The notes under the pieces were generated by a model that did not search any database, was not told the origin of the DNA, and saw only the letters and a program-made list of their open reading frames with translations. DNA of 64,000 bases from Babesia bigemina (lineage: Eukaryota), in assembly GCF_000981445.1 (NCBI RefSeq), contig NC_027217.1:1426001-1490000 (forward strand). The letters run 5' to 3'. The position numbers and the translations under genes were made by a program. Of this stretch, positions 49,633 to 62,289 are shown one piece after another. Each line of letters begins with the position of its first letter. The stretch's first letter is position 1.

Positions 49633-51568
49633 ATGGCGTCAGGAATTGCGCTCTACTCCGTTCCGTATGACTCGGACGCTGAGTCTACCGAGCAGTACGG
49701 GAAGAGTTATGCGCAGATGCTCTCCGAGGACTTCAATGAGGAGGGGTAAGGCTCCGTCATCCTCTTGGCCACTATACATGTCTGCGTGCCGATGTGTACA
49801 CGTTTCATTCACTTTGCCGTCGATGTGTAGCATTGCGCGCTTTCATGCGTCATCGCAAACGCCTCGCTCATATCTATACGCAGGTTTGATGAGCCCAATC
49901 TGATCAAATACCTGGGTAAAGGACCTTCAGGGGAGGCTGTGATACTTGTCGTACCGTCCGTTTCCGCCCGTGTGCGCAGCAATCACGAAGATGCCTTGCG
50001 TCTCATGGTAAAGAAGCTGAACCGTTTCTGCAGCGCCAAGTATTCGCTCCTGGTCTGTCAAACGTGCACAACATGGTCCGATTACAATTCTTACAATTTC
50101 GTCAACCAGTGTAAGTTATATTGGCCATTGCAATTGTGGTATCATGCATGCTACGTACGTGTTACATAATGGAGGTGATCAACATACATGATGACTTAAT
50201 TTGGTTATGGGTAACCAAATATTTCGCTTGCAACCTATACGGATACGTGAAATCATGCTGATGCTGCTTTACGTATTATACGTCTTCTCTGCTTTGCCGC
50301 ATCCCCGTGTTACAATCCTGTTCGTTCCCGTTTTCGACGCGGTTTGTCCCCAGCTTATCGCAGCTTTGTGTACTATATAGTGTTCACAGTTATATGTTTT
50401 TCTGCTTTACCGTTAAACAACGCAAATTACATTTCTGTCAGGGTATGACATGCTCCCCAAGGGATCGAAGAAGAATTTGGTAAAGGTGTACATGATCCAT
50501 TCCGCGTACACCACTAAGACGATGCTCACGTGCATGACACCGTTTGCGAAGGCCCGAGTCTGGGAGAAGATCGAGTTCGTTGACAAGCTGGGCGACCTGC
50601 TGAAGGCTCTGAGACTTGACACGAAGAACATGCTGCGGAACTTCCCATACTCCGTACAGCGCGCTGAAGAGATTGCGCTTGGCATAGGAATGCCGCTGTC
50701 TGTGTTTGGCACTGAAATGTGGGTTTTGGCAATGCGAGTGGGCTGCCCGTTCAAGGGCTTCCCGCTGATTCCGCCAGCAGTTGCGCACGTCTTGGCAAAA
50801 ATAGAATCGCCGGAAATTATTGACACGCCTAACTTGCTGAACCTGCAATGCAGCCCTGATGTTCTATACGCCGCTGTCGGAGCATATGAGCTGTTGGGTG
50901 AGGGGTGCGCCGTGGACTCTCCTGAAACGGCAGTGGCGCTGTTCAGGCTCTTGGTAGACACGCACGTCGGCGGGCTGATTGGGCCAAAGGCCTACATAAC
51001 GCTAAAGAATGCCTTGCTACAAGGCAGCTCGAACGAAGAGCTGGTTCAGATGATGGCTAAGGTCACCAACGAGTTCCAGCCTACTCAGAAGGATTGCATT
51101 TTCTGCATTATAAAAACCCTAAGGGCCATTGCGCGCCGCGCTTCGCGTAACGGCATGACCGTTAAGGCGGTTTCGAAGATCATGGCTGGGTCTTTCTTCC
51201 GGCCGCTGTCACCTGACCCCTATTGCTTCAAAGCCATTCAGTCCAGCGAGATGGTTTTGGGGACGATGATCGAAAAGCCAGATATGTTTTTCAAACGCGA
51301 GAAGGAGCCTCATGAACGTGAGGAAGGCCGTACAAAGACGGTTAAGCACTCGAGTCACGCAAAATCTTCATCGTCGTCGTCCGCTGCTGCTGGTCCACGT
51401 CTTGCCAAGTCGCCTTCCATGCGAGCCAGAGAGGAGCTTCAGCGCATTGCACAGCGAAAAGAGGCGGGACGCGGATCCGCTTCACCGCGGCCAGCGGAAC
51501 GGACGCCGACAGCAGCGCCCGCGACGGACGAGGAGGAGTCGGAGCAGATCACCGAGATTGAGGAGTGA
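49633..51568 (+). CDS. BCH/CRAL-TRIO + RhoGAP-like protein (ARHGAP1-type architecture); 3 exons
   Basis: Spliced KYSLLVCQT..WYDMLPKGSKKNLVKVYMIH..VWEKIEFV (BCH). Then VFGTE..IPPAV..LFRLLV..KTLRAIARRASRNGMTVKAVSKIMA (RhoGAP). Confidence 0.8.
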
Positions 51569-51648
51569 CCCTGACGCTGTGATCGGCGCTATCGGGTTAC
51601 TGCGTCAAACTATGATATTTTATTCATCGTAATGCTATTGTGTCGTGG

Positions 51649-52339
51649 ATGGGTAAAAAATCATCGCGCATCACTGCGAAAGCCGGCGGCAAGTGTGTAA
51701 AGAAGGCCGCGGAAAAGGGTGTATCGGCTCCCCCGCCAGTTGCACAGCGCAACCGCGGTCAACTGCTGCTGCGTTGGCTGTCGTTTGAGCTGCAGTTGCT
51801 TCAGCGTCTTGTGTACCGTGTAGGTTTTGCGGATGTTCACGTTGCCTGCGGTCTCCCGTCCTGCTTGTCACTCATTGTAACTCAGAACAAGAACCAGCAC
51901 CGATCCAGCGCCTTTATGACCGCCGTGTGCACCAGTATACGGTCTCTGAAGCGTTTCATTAAATTGCTGGATCTGCGGAAACCACCCGCAGTCTTGTCAA
52001 AGTTGCATCTCGATGACGAGTTCAACCGAGTCTTCTACCAAACTCTTCGTTCGGTGCTAGACGCAAGCGTAGAGATATCACGAGTCCACGCGCACCACTT
52101 CCACGTTCCACTGATCGCAGTTTTATTAAGTGTTTACGGGTACGTTCGCTATCGGCTGCAACGCGAGACTGTGCACGGCGTGCTTTCACCTTGCTTGTTT
52201 TGTCACTACTTGCGTTGTGACATGTATGTGTGTGAGTGCTATGTCGGTGTACATGTTTAGTGTTCGGATATCATAAGGCATCAGCCGGCTGCTGTTTTTG
52301 CTCAAGCGTCTTCCGGATGCTCTCGGCATCAAGGCGTGA
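51649..52339 (+). CDS. RNase MRP-specific subunit Rmp1/NEPRO (DUF4477)-like; 3 exons
   Basis: Splicing yields ELQLLQRLVYR|NKNQHRSSAF (cf. yeast Rmp1 LLNHRNKNQHR) and HFHVPLIAVLLSVYG|RLLFLL..GIKA*. Confidence 0.65.
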
Positions 52340-52340
52340 A

Positions 52341-53137
52341 TCATAGGTCGGCCTGGACAAGCATCCCATTCTTGAGCTGGTTCATCTTCTGCGACCCGCA
52401 AAGCACCTCCACAAGTTTGAGGGCGAACTCCATGGCAGTCCCTGGTCCCTTGGACGTGACTGAACACGTTTTATATGCCATCAAACTTCTCAAATAAAAA
52501 TAGACGCCCATGCAAACAACACTGTTCGTTGGCACGGTACTTCGCACGCACACACCTCAATGGAAGAGGCCTAACCCCTTCGATCGGTTGGCGGCCGCAC
52601 TAGGATGCCGGCCAACATCTTAGTGCGCGCGTACATTAGAATGCAACTTACCGCATCTGTTTGACACGCACACACGGCCAGTTCCAACCTTGGGAAGCGC
52701 ATCCTCGAATCCAGGGTAGGCCACGGCGGCGGTTTCCTTGTCTAGGATTCCGCCCGCCGCGAGAACGACAGCAGGTGCCGCGCATATAGCGCCGTAGTAC
52801 CTGTTGGCACTTTTTTGTTCGTTCAGCATCTTAATGAGTGTCGCGGACTCGGCGCAGTACGTGGAACCCGGCAATCCTCCCGGAACGACGATAAGGTCGA
52901 AGGTTTTGTTGGCAACGTCGTCGATCAGAGCGTCGGCAGTGACCTTTGTTCCATGGGCCAGAGTAACTGCCTTTTCCTTGTGGACGGATGCAACGGTAAC
53001 GTTGACTCCGGCGCGCCGTAAAACGTCGACCACAGTCACAAATTCGATGTCCTCCGAGCCGTTGGCCTGCGGTCGATGTGTTGTCCTCTTCGCAAACATA
53101 CCACGGCGATGAGCGCCATAATTACAGTGCCTGTCAT
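52341..53137 (-). CDS. DJ-1: DJ-1/ThiJ/PfpI family protein; 3 exons
   Basis: [29 protein letters not shown], nucleophile AICAAP and [14 protein letters not shown]. Confidence 0.93.
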
Positions 53138-53260
53138 TTTGTTGATATTAACGCGCATATGGATGTGCAGTAACACGGCGCGCGATTGCGGCCAGGGTAG
53201 GGCCAACGTTACACGCTATGCATGGCGCGACAGGGTAGTGTGCGAAAACGTGTTTAGGAT

Positions 53261-54309
53261 TCACTCCGGGTGTTGCTTTGTGTTCTGCCTGTTGAAAGCT
53301 ATTCTCACTGCCAGTCCAAGTAGCAGTGCCAACGCCGCCTGCGTTGCCAGGAAGATAAAGTTTTTAGGAGAAACCTGGCCATATTCAACGGTGTTGAACC
53401 TGCCGTAGCATGACCCTCTGCTTCGTTTTCAGCAACTTACGACGACATTACTGTGCAGACTATCATTGCGATGCTCATCATGACCACGTAACGGTATCGG
53501 TTACTTTTGTCTCGTTGCCAGAGGAATAACAGCGCCGTGAACATAACCGACGACAGCACAGCGAAGTTTGACCGCAGTGCTGCGTAGAGCAGCCCGTCAG
53601 TTTGGTCCAAATCCCTTATGGTGGCCACGGTCTCGAACAGCATCCTGCCAATGTTCTCGGGCAGCGACCAGCCGAGTCCGATACCCAGGACGATGCTGCT
53701 GACGTTGGCGTTGGCATTGGTCCTTCGGGCATTGTTAGTTTGTAGTTAAGTTTAAGAACCTACTTTCCCCTGAGCGGCATCACTAGGCCCAAACACAGAG
53801 CACAGTCGAGAATCGCCATCACCATTTCCTGATGTCTAGTTTCTTCCCCGGACATGCACGACATACCTCTCCGATAAGGTAGTGACCTAGCAACGACGGG
53901 ATCCCTGTAGCCATGGCGAGTACCTGCAAGCATGTTGATGCAACTGCGCACACATTCGTGCATAATAGTCAAAGGCGTAGCACAGGCTTTACACACTCAG
54001 TGCCGCGTGGAGAGCCGATGGCGGCAACATTACATACTACACAAATCACGCATCACTTGCCGCAATGAGATGTGCGGCAAATGTGTCACAGCGGGGCTGC
54101 GTTGCCATGTCTGCTCACCTTGACGCCGTTCGCTAGAATGTAGTAGCCGATAGCTCGGAGCGCCAGACCTCCATTGTTAAAATTATCCTTCCTGGCAACA
54201 AGTGTTGCAACAGTCACCACTAGTTTACTTACAAGGCGGTTTTGTTGTACAGAATCCAGTAAGGCGCTGCTACGATCGCTATGCAGGTAGGCACCTGTAT
54301 GAATCTCAT
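53261..54309 (-). CDS. TMEM147: TMEM147 (DUF2053) ER membrane protein; ~6 exons
   Basis: Spliced MRFIQVPTCIAIVAAPYWILY..YYILANGVK|VLAMAT..SIVLGIGLGWSLPENI..LRSNF, matching the TMEM147 pattern. Confidence 0.7.
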
Positions 54310-54483
54310 CCTGGCCTCTTTGATGCCTTTACAGTGGTTTACAGCGAGGAAATATGCCTGTGATACCCCTCTGTCTGGAACGACGGAGGTAAATTTGCTT
54401 TGTGTGGACTCTTAGGCTTGTACGATGGTGCTGCTACACACTGTAACGGCGCGGCACCTCGCCATGGGTCGTTTACGTCCAAT

Positions 54484-56757
54484 ATGACCTCTCCGCACTG
54501 CGGGTTTCTGTTTGGCTCTGCGGACAATGGAAGCGGCGATTCTGTTGTGCTTGAGCGGCTGCACCTAGCAACCAGAGGCGCCGGTGACTGGGAGTCGTTG
54601 GCGCGAACGCTGGGCGAATATCGCTGCAGTCGCCGCTTTCTGACTGAGGGATCTACGCTAGTAGTGAGGCGAACTAAACGTAGCTTCGCGACTCTTGCGC
54701 GTGCTTTCTCAGGGGTTACGTCAACGGATGGCAACGACGTTGTGTCTGATGTGCATCGCAGGGGTCTGCTATCGCACAAGGGAGACTCTGGCTCTTCTTT
54801 CTCTCTGACCGATGGATCAATTGACGAGGATGACTCGGGGGATCCCAGGGTTTCCCAGAGCGTGGATGAGCCAGCTGCCGATGCTGGAAAACATCTTCAA
54901 TCTTCCCGCGGTAGCGACGCCGTGAGGGATTCTTCTAATGCACGGGGAAGTGACGCTCATTCGGAGCATGCACAACGTCCCCATAGCACTGGGGCATCAA
55001 CAGCGTTTTACAACGTTTGTAGTGCCGCGTACGAACTAACCAGGTCCTTCTCCTGCAGAGAACCCCCAGCATCGGCGGGCGATAGCATAGAGTATGTTGT
55101 GGTCAAGTGCGAGCCTTCCGGTGGATACATAGGCAAGAATACGGTGCTATATACCGACGAAAGATTGCCGGTTTTGAGTCGGGTGGATCTCCTGTGGGAC
55201 GTGGAAAATGAGTCACATGTCCAGCGTTGTGTCGGCCACTTATTAGGGTCGCACCACTCTGCAACGTTGACGAGGGCGAGTTTGTTGCAACAGGAACGTA
55301 TATTCGGACCTTATAAAGTGGAATCCATTGGTACGGCATCCAAGGCTAGTTGCGTTCGCAAGACGATCTTTCTCAACCGCTCTGACGAGCCCAGGGCTGA
55401 TGACACTACTCACTCGCATGGCTCTACCATGCAGACCCTTAGTGCCACAGAAAATCTATTTCGAAACATGTTCAGTTCCGTGTTGATGGGGACGCTATCA
55501 TCGGACTTCCTGGTGTTTTACCCCGGCCGGACTCTGACCGTGCGGGACCTCAGGATGTTCGTGTCTCGTACGGTCCCGTGTACTCGTCCAGGAATTATAG
55601 GGCCATCAACGGTACGTAGTGATCACAAATAATGAGTTACGACGTTGTTGCAGAAGATATACTTGGGCGTGGACACCGTGGGAGAGTGCGCCGCAGTGTC
55701 GGTGGCACCCCTGCGAGACACGCTGCCAACGACATACGAGTACAACCTGCTCAAGGATTGTATCGAACCGTACTTTCGCGGCCGCAGGTCGCGAACGTTT
55801 CAAGTGGATGACGTGTTCCGATTCGGCGGAGTGCAGTTTCGCGTGGTGGGTTTCGAGCACCACTGTGAGGAGCCTCCGCTTTTCCTCGATTTTGACTTGA
55901 TGAGTCCCTTCGCTAGGCGTGGAAGTTGCGGCCGTGTTGGCGCGCGTTCGGCCATAAAGGTTGCAGGTAATTGAATCGCCGTCGTATTGTCTGTCCGTGT
56001 TATTTCTGCCTATGGCACTTTACACGTGCCATACAATTCTAGTATTTATGCATCTACATTGGTAGATAAGGTGGTTCATGCGTGACTGTTAAGATAATGC
56101 GATCTCCAATTCCTTGTCATACGTGTTGCAGATCCCGTTGACCCCCGGCTGACCGACTTGTTGTCTGCGGAGCAGCTTCGCCACCTCAGGCGCTGTGCAC
56201 CTAACCAGAGAGAGCTGCTAATGTTTAAGTTGGCCTCTCAGCTCGACGCTGATTCCATCGGACGTCTGTACGGAGACGGCGATGATGCGCAACGGAGAGT
56301 TCCGCTTGAACGGCTTGAAACCTCCTATTCGGGTTACCACCCGATCATGCCGTCCACGCTTGCCGATATGGTTCATCAGTACAACATAGGGGACACGTCC
56401 GCCGCGACGGTCACTCCGATCTCTGGGGGGTACGACCAGATGTGTACCGTCTGTTGCGAAGCAATCGATACGACCCGTATTTCAGAGATATTCACTTACG
56501 CATGCGGGCATGTGTTTCACAAGAAGTGTGCGAGGGAATGGATAAACATGTGTGGAACGTCGTGCCCTAACTGCCGTCATTGCAGTATGCAGATGTCGGC
56601 TCGATGTGACACCGGTGATGCTTACGTGTTCCACACGCTCTCCGACTGCGACAACACGGAAATCTCGGACAACTGCGGCGATTCAGTAAACCACGAAAGC
56701 GGCAGCTCTTCCGGTGCATCGGAGTTGCTGCAGTGGTTTAATTCCCAAGAGGTATAA
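54484..56757 (+). CDS. RING-H2 E3 ligase-like protein; 3 exons
   Basis: C-terminal CTVCC..ACGHVFHKKCAREW..SCPNCR. Middle region has CDC48-N-like segments (IEPYFRG..FRFGGVQFRVV). Confidence 0.8.
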
Positions 56758-57102
56758 CAGAAGGCTTCAAAAGAGGCAGGTTGCCATCTGGCACCTTTGT
56801 GGCAACACACTACCTGCATAACCAGCAGTATTTAATGTTTTATATGCATCGGGCAACAGTAGAGTTAGGTAGTAGTTGACACAACCCTGAGTTTAGGGCC
56901 CCCGCCGATCCACATAGCTGGCACGGGTTATGTGTATAGTATCATACGTGTGATGAATCTAAAGTGACCAGTTTGTCGCTTGTGCTGCATAATACTTTAC
57001 AATTGGCTGTTGTGGCCTGTTGAGCGAGATTATAGGAAGTGGCAACACAACTGCCCTCCTATCCTCGTGAAATCCGGATGAGACACCTCATTCTGAGATT
57101 TT

Positions 57103-57435
57103 TTACCTCTGAGATTTGACGGTTTCTGCGATTTTCGTTATTTTGTCGCGCCATGCCTGCGTGGCACCGCTGGGGTGCCTGCGATGCACCTCCAGGTGCT
57201 TGAGAATCTGGGTTGCTCGATACCAGTTGATGCCAGTGTTGTCCCTCAGACTCATGAGCAACGTTTTACGAGTGTCGAGCAGCATGCCTTTCATCTCACG
57301 CTGCTTCCTGGCGGTTTCCATGGCAATACGCTGCTGCCGTTTACTTTCCCGGTAGCTACGGCTTATTTTCACGCCGTATGGAACCATCGGGACGAACCGT
57401 TTGGCTGCCATAAGTCTATACGTAAGCGCTAGCAT
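57103..57435 (-). CDS. Small basic protein, probable mitoribosomal uS13-like
   Basis: 110 aa, basic. KGMLLDTRKTLLMSLRDNTGINWYRATQILKHL resembles the S13 N-terminal helix-two-turn-helix. Confidence 0.55.
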   Translation of the reverse strand: MLALTYRLMAAKRFVPMVPYGVKISRSYRESKRQQRIAMETARKQREMKGMLLDTRKTLLMSLRDNTGINWYRATQILKHLEVHRRHPSGATQAWRDKITKIAETVKSQR

Positions 57436-57485
57436 TTGTACGGCTCAGATTTGCAGTGATGCGTAAAACTTTGAGCAGGAGAGGG

Positions 57486-58205
57486 TCAAACGTCTTCCTC
57501 AGACGAGTAACCCGACACCAGGGCCAATGCACTGGAGGATTTCTTTTGGGGCACCACGAGTCCGCCTTTTGCAGATACAGAGGCGTGTGATCGTTCTGTA
57601 ATGCCCAAATTACTCACTGAGGATGACTTGTGCCCCTCCTTGTCTTCGTTGTCTACGCTCTTGCCCTCGTTCGTGTAATTGCTAGGAGCGGTGCCAACCA
57701 CAGCGATTTGGATGGCGGGATAAGATCCCTTTTCGAACGTCAGAGTATCCGCTCGCGTGGTTCGGAAAAGCGATATGCGATGCCGCCGTTCTTTTCCCTG
57801 TTCAGCGTCCTTTTTCGGCTTCTTGCTTTCTTGCGTTTCTTCGTCCGGCTGAGCGCTCCTTAATCGTTGAGCCTCTTTGATAAATTCCTCTTCCTCCAAG
57901 CTGCGTCTCTTCCAGAGCAGATTGCGCCTACGCTCGAGCTGATCCAAATGCGCGATGTCCTCCTCGCTGAAGGCAGATGCGATAGCGGTTGCCGATGTGA
58001 GATTCTCAGCAGTGAACTCTAAATCTCTGTCACAAAAAAGTTCCTTCGGTTTGAAATCGACGTCAGGCTTATCAGCTCGTTCGCGTTGCCGCCCTTTGGT
58101 AGAAGGCGCTGCGCCGTCTGTGCTGAACAGGGAGCCCTTCGTAAAGTCGATGTGCCCACCAGATGCCTTATCTGAGCTATAATTGTGTGTTCTTACAAAG
58201 TTCAT
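57486..58205 (-). CDS. FAM192A/NIP30-like nuclear protein
   Basis: MNFV start, FSEEDIAHLDQL..EEEEF segment and acidic terminal LVSGYSSEED. Confidence 0.55.
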   Translation of the reverse strand: MNFVRTHNYSSDKASGGHIDFTKGSLFSTDGAAPSTKGRQRERADKPDVDFKPKELFCDRDLEFTAENLTSATAIASAFSEEDIAHLDQLERRRNLLWKRRSLEEEEFIKEAQRLRSAQPDEETQESKKPKKDAEQGKERRHRISLFRTTRADTLTFEKGSYPAIQIAVVGTAPSNYTNEGKSVDNEDKEGHKSSSVSNLGITERSHASVSAKGGLVVPQKKSSSALALVSGYSSEEDV

Positions 58206-58451
58206 TGTGATTCTTCATATTTTGATGTGTAAGGATCTGCCATATAGACAGTGTGTCTATCGATAGTGGAAGGCGATCACCTTACGGCATGTAGGGGGCC
58301 TGGCGGCGCTGCTGAAGTGGCGCACTGCTATGTGAATAATATATTGTTTCGTCCGATAACGAGGTGCCGGTGGCAGTGCGTAGCCAAGTCGGTCTTCCCG
58401 GACGCCACCAGTAGGCCCGGGAAGCACCGGCGATTGCGAGTTGCGGCTCCA

Positions 58452-59279
58452 ATGCATCTTTTTGCGCGGTCTATTACCGTAGTAACTTATCTTCTGGGTG
58501 TCTGCTCGGCGTTTAAGGTGCCTGGCCGCGTTAATGTGGGAGGCAACGGGCTCATTCCGAGTTCTTGCAGAGGATGGAATCTGCACAGTAGCATACGCAG
58601 CACATTTAACGGCCATCCAAACCCACGTAAACTGCATAAGCGGGTATGTTTCACGACAACGCTATTTTTGAGCCTTTGATGAGTATATTTGCCCCAAAAT
58701 GGAGAACCTGTGCAGGCAGGGTTTTGTGAGTGCTTCATATGATGGTGCTACCATGTTATTCTTTCACGTAGTCACACATTTCAGCCGTTTTGGGCGGATA
58801 TGTTTGACGAGGAAGTGGAAATCGAGCCGCTGGGCCCGCCGTGCCCCAAGCTGCTGGACGACGTTGTGCGTGGCGAACGCCGCCTCCGGTTGACACTCAA
58901 GAGGTCGCACAGACAAATGTGCGCCACAATCGTGGATGACGTTGCTAGGCATGTGCACTGTTTCATGTCAACGAACTTCCGTTACCTCGGCCATATATTC
59001 GGCCAGGAGCCGACAAAGGACCGTGAGTGTTTCTTCTTTGGTCATTTGCATGCACAACAGCAAAAATCATGAGGAATAAAGGCGGGAACGTGCGTGCAGC
59101 GTATGAGCTAGGCAAGCTTATAGGCAGGCAGGCGCGGCAGAAAGGAATATCGCGTGTTGTCTTTGACCGTGCTGGGTACAGGTAGGGCATTCGACGCGTA
59201 TCCCATTGAGCTTTCCAGGTACCACGGACGGGTAGAGGCGCTGGCGATTGGCGCCCGTAAGGTGGGTCTCGACTTCTAG
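58452..59279 (+). CDS. Nucleus-encoded apicoplast ribosomal protein uL18; ~4-5 exons
   Basis: Signal peptide + transit-like leader ([22 protein letters not shown]). [52 protein letters not shown]. Confidence 0.88.
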
Positions 59280-59389
59280 GTGTCTAGAGGAGTGCTAAGC
59301 ACATAGACAACGCCAGGCCAGTGACGGCCCTCACGCTGTCTGGCTATTCCGTCGCCTATAGATCCTCTCACGATTTCTTAAATTTCAAA

Positions 59390-62289
59390 ATGGCGATTAC
59401 CAATGGCGATGCGCCATCTGACGGACCGGTAGACAGAGAGAGATCGCAGCTGAAGCTATTGCGTCTTCGTGCACATAGGTGGCTGAGGAATCCGGCAGTG
59501 CTCGAGTACCGCTCGTGGCGCAATATTGCTACTACACATCAACATCTGACTTAAATGTGTAGCGGTAGGTGGTGCCCATGAAGCAGCAAGCCGCGTCTGG
59601 GACGTCCCCGACCGAACGGGGCTCGCAGCCCCCTCCGGTTCAGCGTCGAATTTTTGAGGGCAGATACGAATGTTGGAGCAACGAGGTTAGTCCCTCGTGC
59701 TCTGACAGCGTGTACCGAGAGAACAAGTCAAAGTACAGGAATGTGCAAGTGGGTCCGGTCATAAGTGCTGATGAGGTTGACGCGCTGCTATGTCGTAAGC
59801 CCAACGCGGTAAAGAACTTCATAAACTCGCTAAATGAGCAAATGCGACAGCGGCTTTCGCCTTCTGTAGCAGCTGATGCCAGCGTCTCGTTCGAATCACG
59901 TGATTACGAGCCTGAGTTCGGCCGCGAGTTGCAGCAGTGTAACGTCTCGGTTAAGAATCGCATTACTATATTCGACCGGAAGACGCAGCAAGGCGATAAC
60001 GGAGCGCGGTTGAAGACCTCCGCGTTTAGGAGCGAAGACTCTAGTGACCATGCGGCCTCACCAGGTGAGCGCAACATGGCAACGTACGCTACGGAGGCGG
60101 ACACTGTGGTTGTCGGGGCGGCGCCTAAACGGCCCACATTCATAAGCAGCACGCCATATGAAGGCAGTAATTGGTTTGCTGCTTCCACTGCATTTCCACG
60201 GTACGTCCGTGAGGAGCCTGCTTCGCCGTCCTGTCTTGGAACAAAGCTTGACCTTGATCGCATGGCCCAACTCTCACAAGTTGGTTTCAACTTCGGACCA
60301 CCTCCCCAATCTACCGAACGCAGTTTAACGGATGTTGTGCGTCGTATAAGTGCGCCGTGTAACCAGTATATGCCTCCAATGCAGCGTTGCATGTCGGATT
60401 TCTCACACGAGGCAGAGCGCGATCCCTTCGATTCCGCTCGCGTCCGCAGGAAAGCAGTAGACAGTGGTCGTGATTCAGCGCGTTACCGGTTCCCAGGAGA
60501 GTGGAGTCCTTACGGACGTGGTTTCGGTTTTGCGGATATGAATGATACCCTGAATTGTCATCAGGATCGCAGCGCGTGGGCTCCGTCGTTGGGGCGTCGG
60601 ACGTTTGCCGATGCTCCCGTAGAACGAGTGGAGCTTCCCTTGGAACTAGTTGGTCGAGGTTACGAGACGAAGTCCGATTGCAGTGATGGTTACGCAGATT
60701 CGGCTGATTCAGGGTCGCAAAACTGCCTTAGTGACAACGTTGCGCCATACTTCACGATTCATTCATCAGGGCGTGACATTCGTATACATACGACTAATGT
60801 GATCAAGGCGGGTTGGACGTGGATGCACAGTGCAAAAGCGCGTAAATGGTTCCCCAAGTATTTGGTTCTGTTTTACGACGAGCCGCAGTGCACCCGGCCA
60901 TATCAACTGCACGCAACTATAAGCGGGCGTACAACTAATGGAAATCGCGATGCAGCGTCGCCATCTAGCTTTTGGGACATATACAAGATATATTCACACT
61001 TGGGTCAAACTACAAGGGTGACCACTGCCTCAGAGAATCGATGCAAAGATCGTGATCCTTCTAGGCGACTGTCCTACAATAAAGGGATGCCACGGGATGC
61101 GCCGATGAGGGACCCATACGATCGTCCTCGACATATTTGGGATGCGGATCGTAGAGAGTAAGTGGCTTTGGTTGTAGTGTTCTTTTGATTCACAAGTCTG
61201 CCATTTTACAGTGTATGTACTTATGCTTCATCCATTGGCCATGTAGGAACACAACATTCCAATGTCGTTGTGGTTTTATCATTGTATTTCTTTACGTGAT
61301 ATGTTGGCCTGTGTACTGGTCGTTACGTTTTCTGCTTGGAGGATGAACCATCTTGTGAAAATCGCATTTCCGTATAGCTAGTATGCAATGAGGTTACGTC
61401 TGTCCCGTTATCTGATGTTATTACAACGAATTACAGGCCACTGTCTGTGCTTTCGAGGTCGACCTACCACTCATATTTGGAATCGTTGGACGCAGTTGGA
61501 AGGTCCTTTTGGTCAAACCACTGTAGGTCTATCGTTATCATCCCTGACAACGCCACGATTTATTTGACAATCCTTTCTGGAGAGACAGACGACGTTGCTG
61601 GCGCTTTGCGCCGCGGTGAGTTCCGAGAACTCATGGAGGTGGACGTTGGTTTTATGCCTTATACAAAGCAACATGCCCCCAACCACTGGCTCACCGGGCT
61701 TCTGACGAGAAGCATGGGTAGAGATCCGCTGAATCTCATCCACATCCCACTTGTAGACGGCTATGAGTGCTGCTTTATGCCGCTATGTGCCGCTCATTTT
61801 CCAGGTGTATCGTTAACATACGAGATGGAATGTGCGCGACGCAATCGTGTGGGACGGGAGTACGAGCATTGGTTGTTTAGTCTGTGGGAGTTCGTAGTAC
61901 GGCGCGGCGGGAGTTCACTCGGTTCCTGTACGGATGCAGGCCAGTCGTTTATTATACCGGTGACAGTGAAAACTGCTTTGGGGCGCCTGCTACGAGGAGC
62001 CGCAGAATTTTTCTCAAACATTTGGCAACGTGCGAAGGGCATGAACAAAATACCAGCTGAACGTGAGGAGGCTTCAGACGCACATCCGTTTCATGGTGAC
62101 TTTGAAGTACCGGAGGAGCAAGAATCTCTGCAAAGGTTAGTGTGCCTTTACTATTATCAGCATTTTACAGCGTATTGTCCGGAGGAGGTAAAACGCGCTG
62201 CGAAGTCGGAAGCCCGGCCCACAAACGTGCGCTCACGCGCGGTTTCGCGCAATGGATCAACTCCCGAGGCTTCGATGACCTCTCTGTGA
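59390..62289 (+). CDS. Large hypothetical protein with PH-like motif; 2-3 exons
   Basis: 530-aa and 280-aa ORFs joined by GA|gtaagt...ttacag. IKAGWTWMHSAKARKWFPKYLVL is PH-like. First micro-exon is uncertain (alternative ATG 59578). Confidence 0.65.

Noticed and set aside
56882..56898. Telomere-like AACCCTGA/TTTAGGG, possible telomerase template or interstitial telomere
   Set aside because: Single units only, with no tandem array or extended template; lies between convergent 3' ends.
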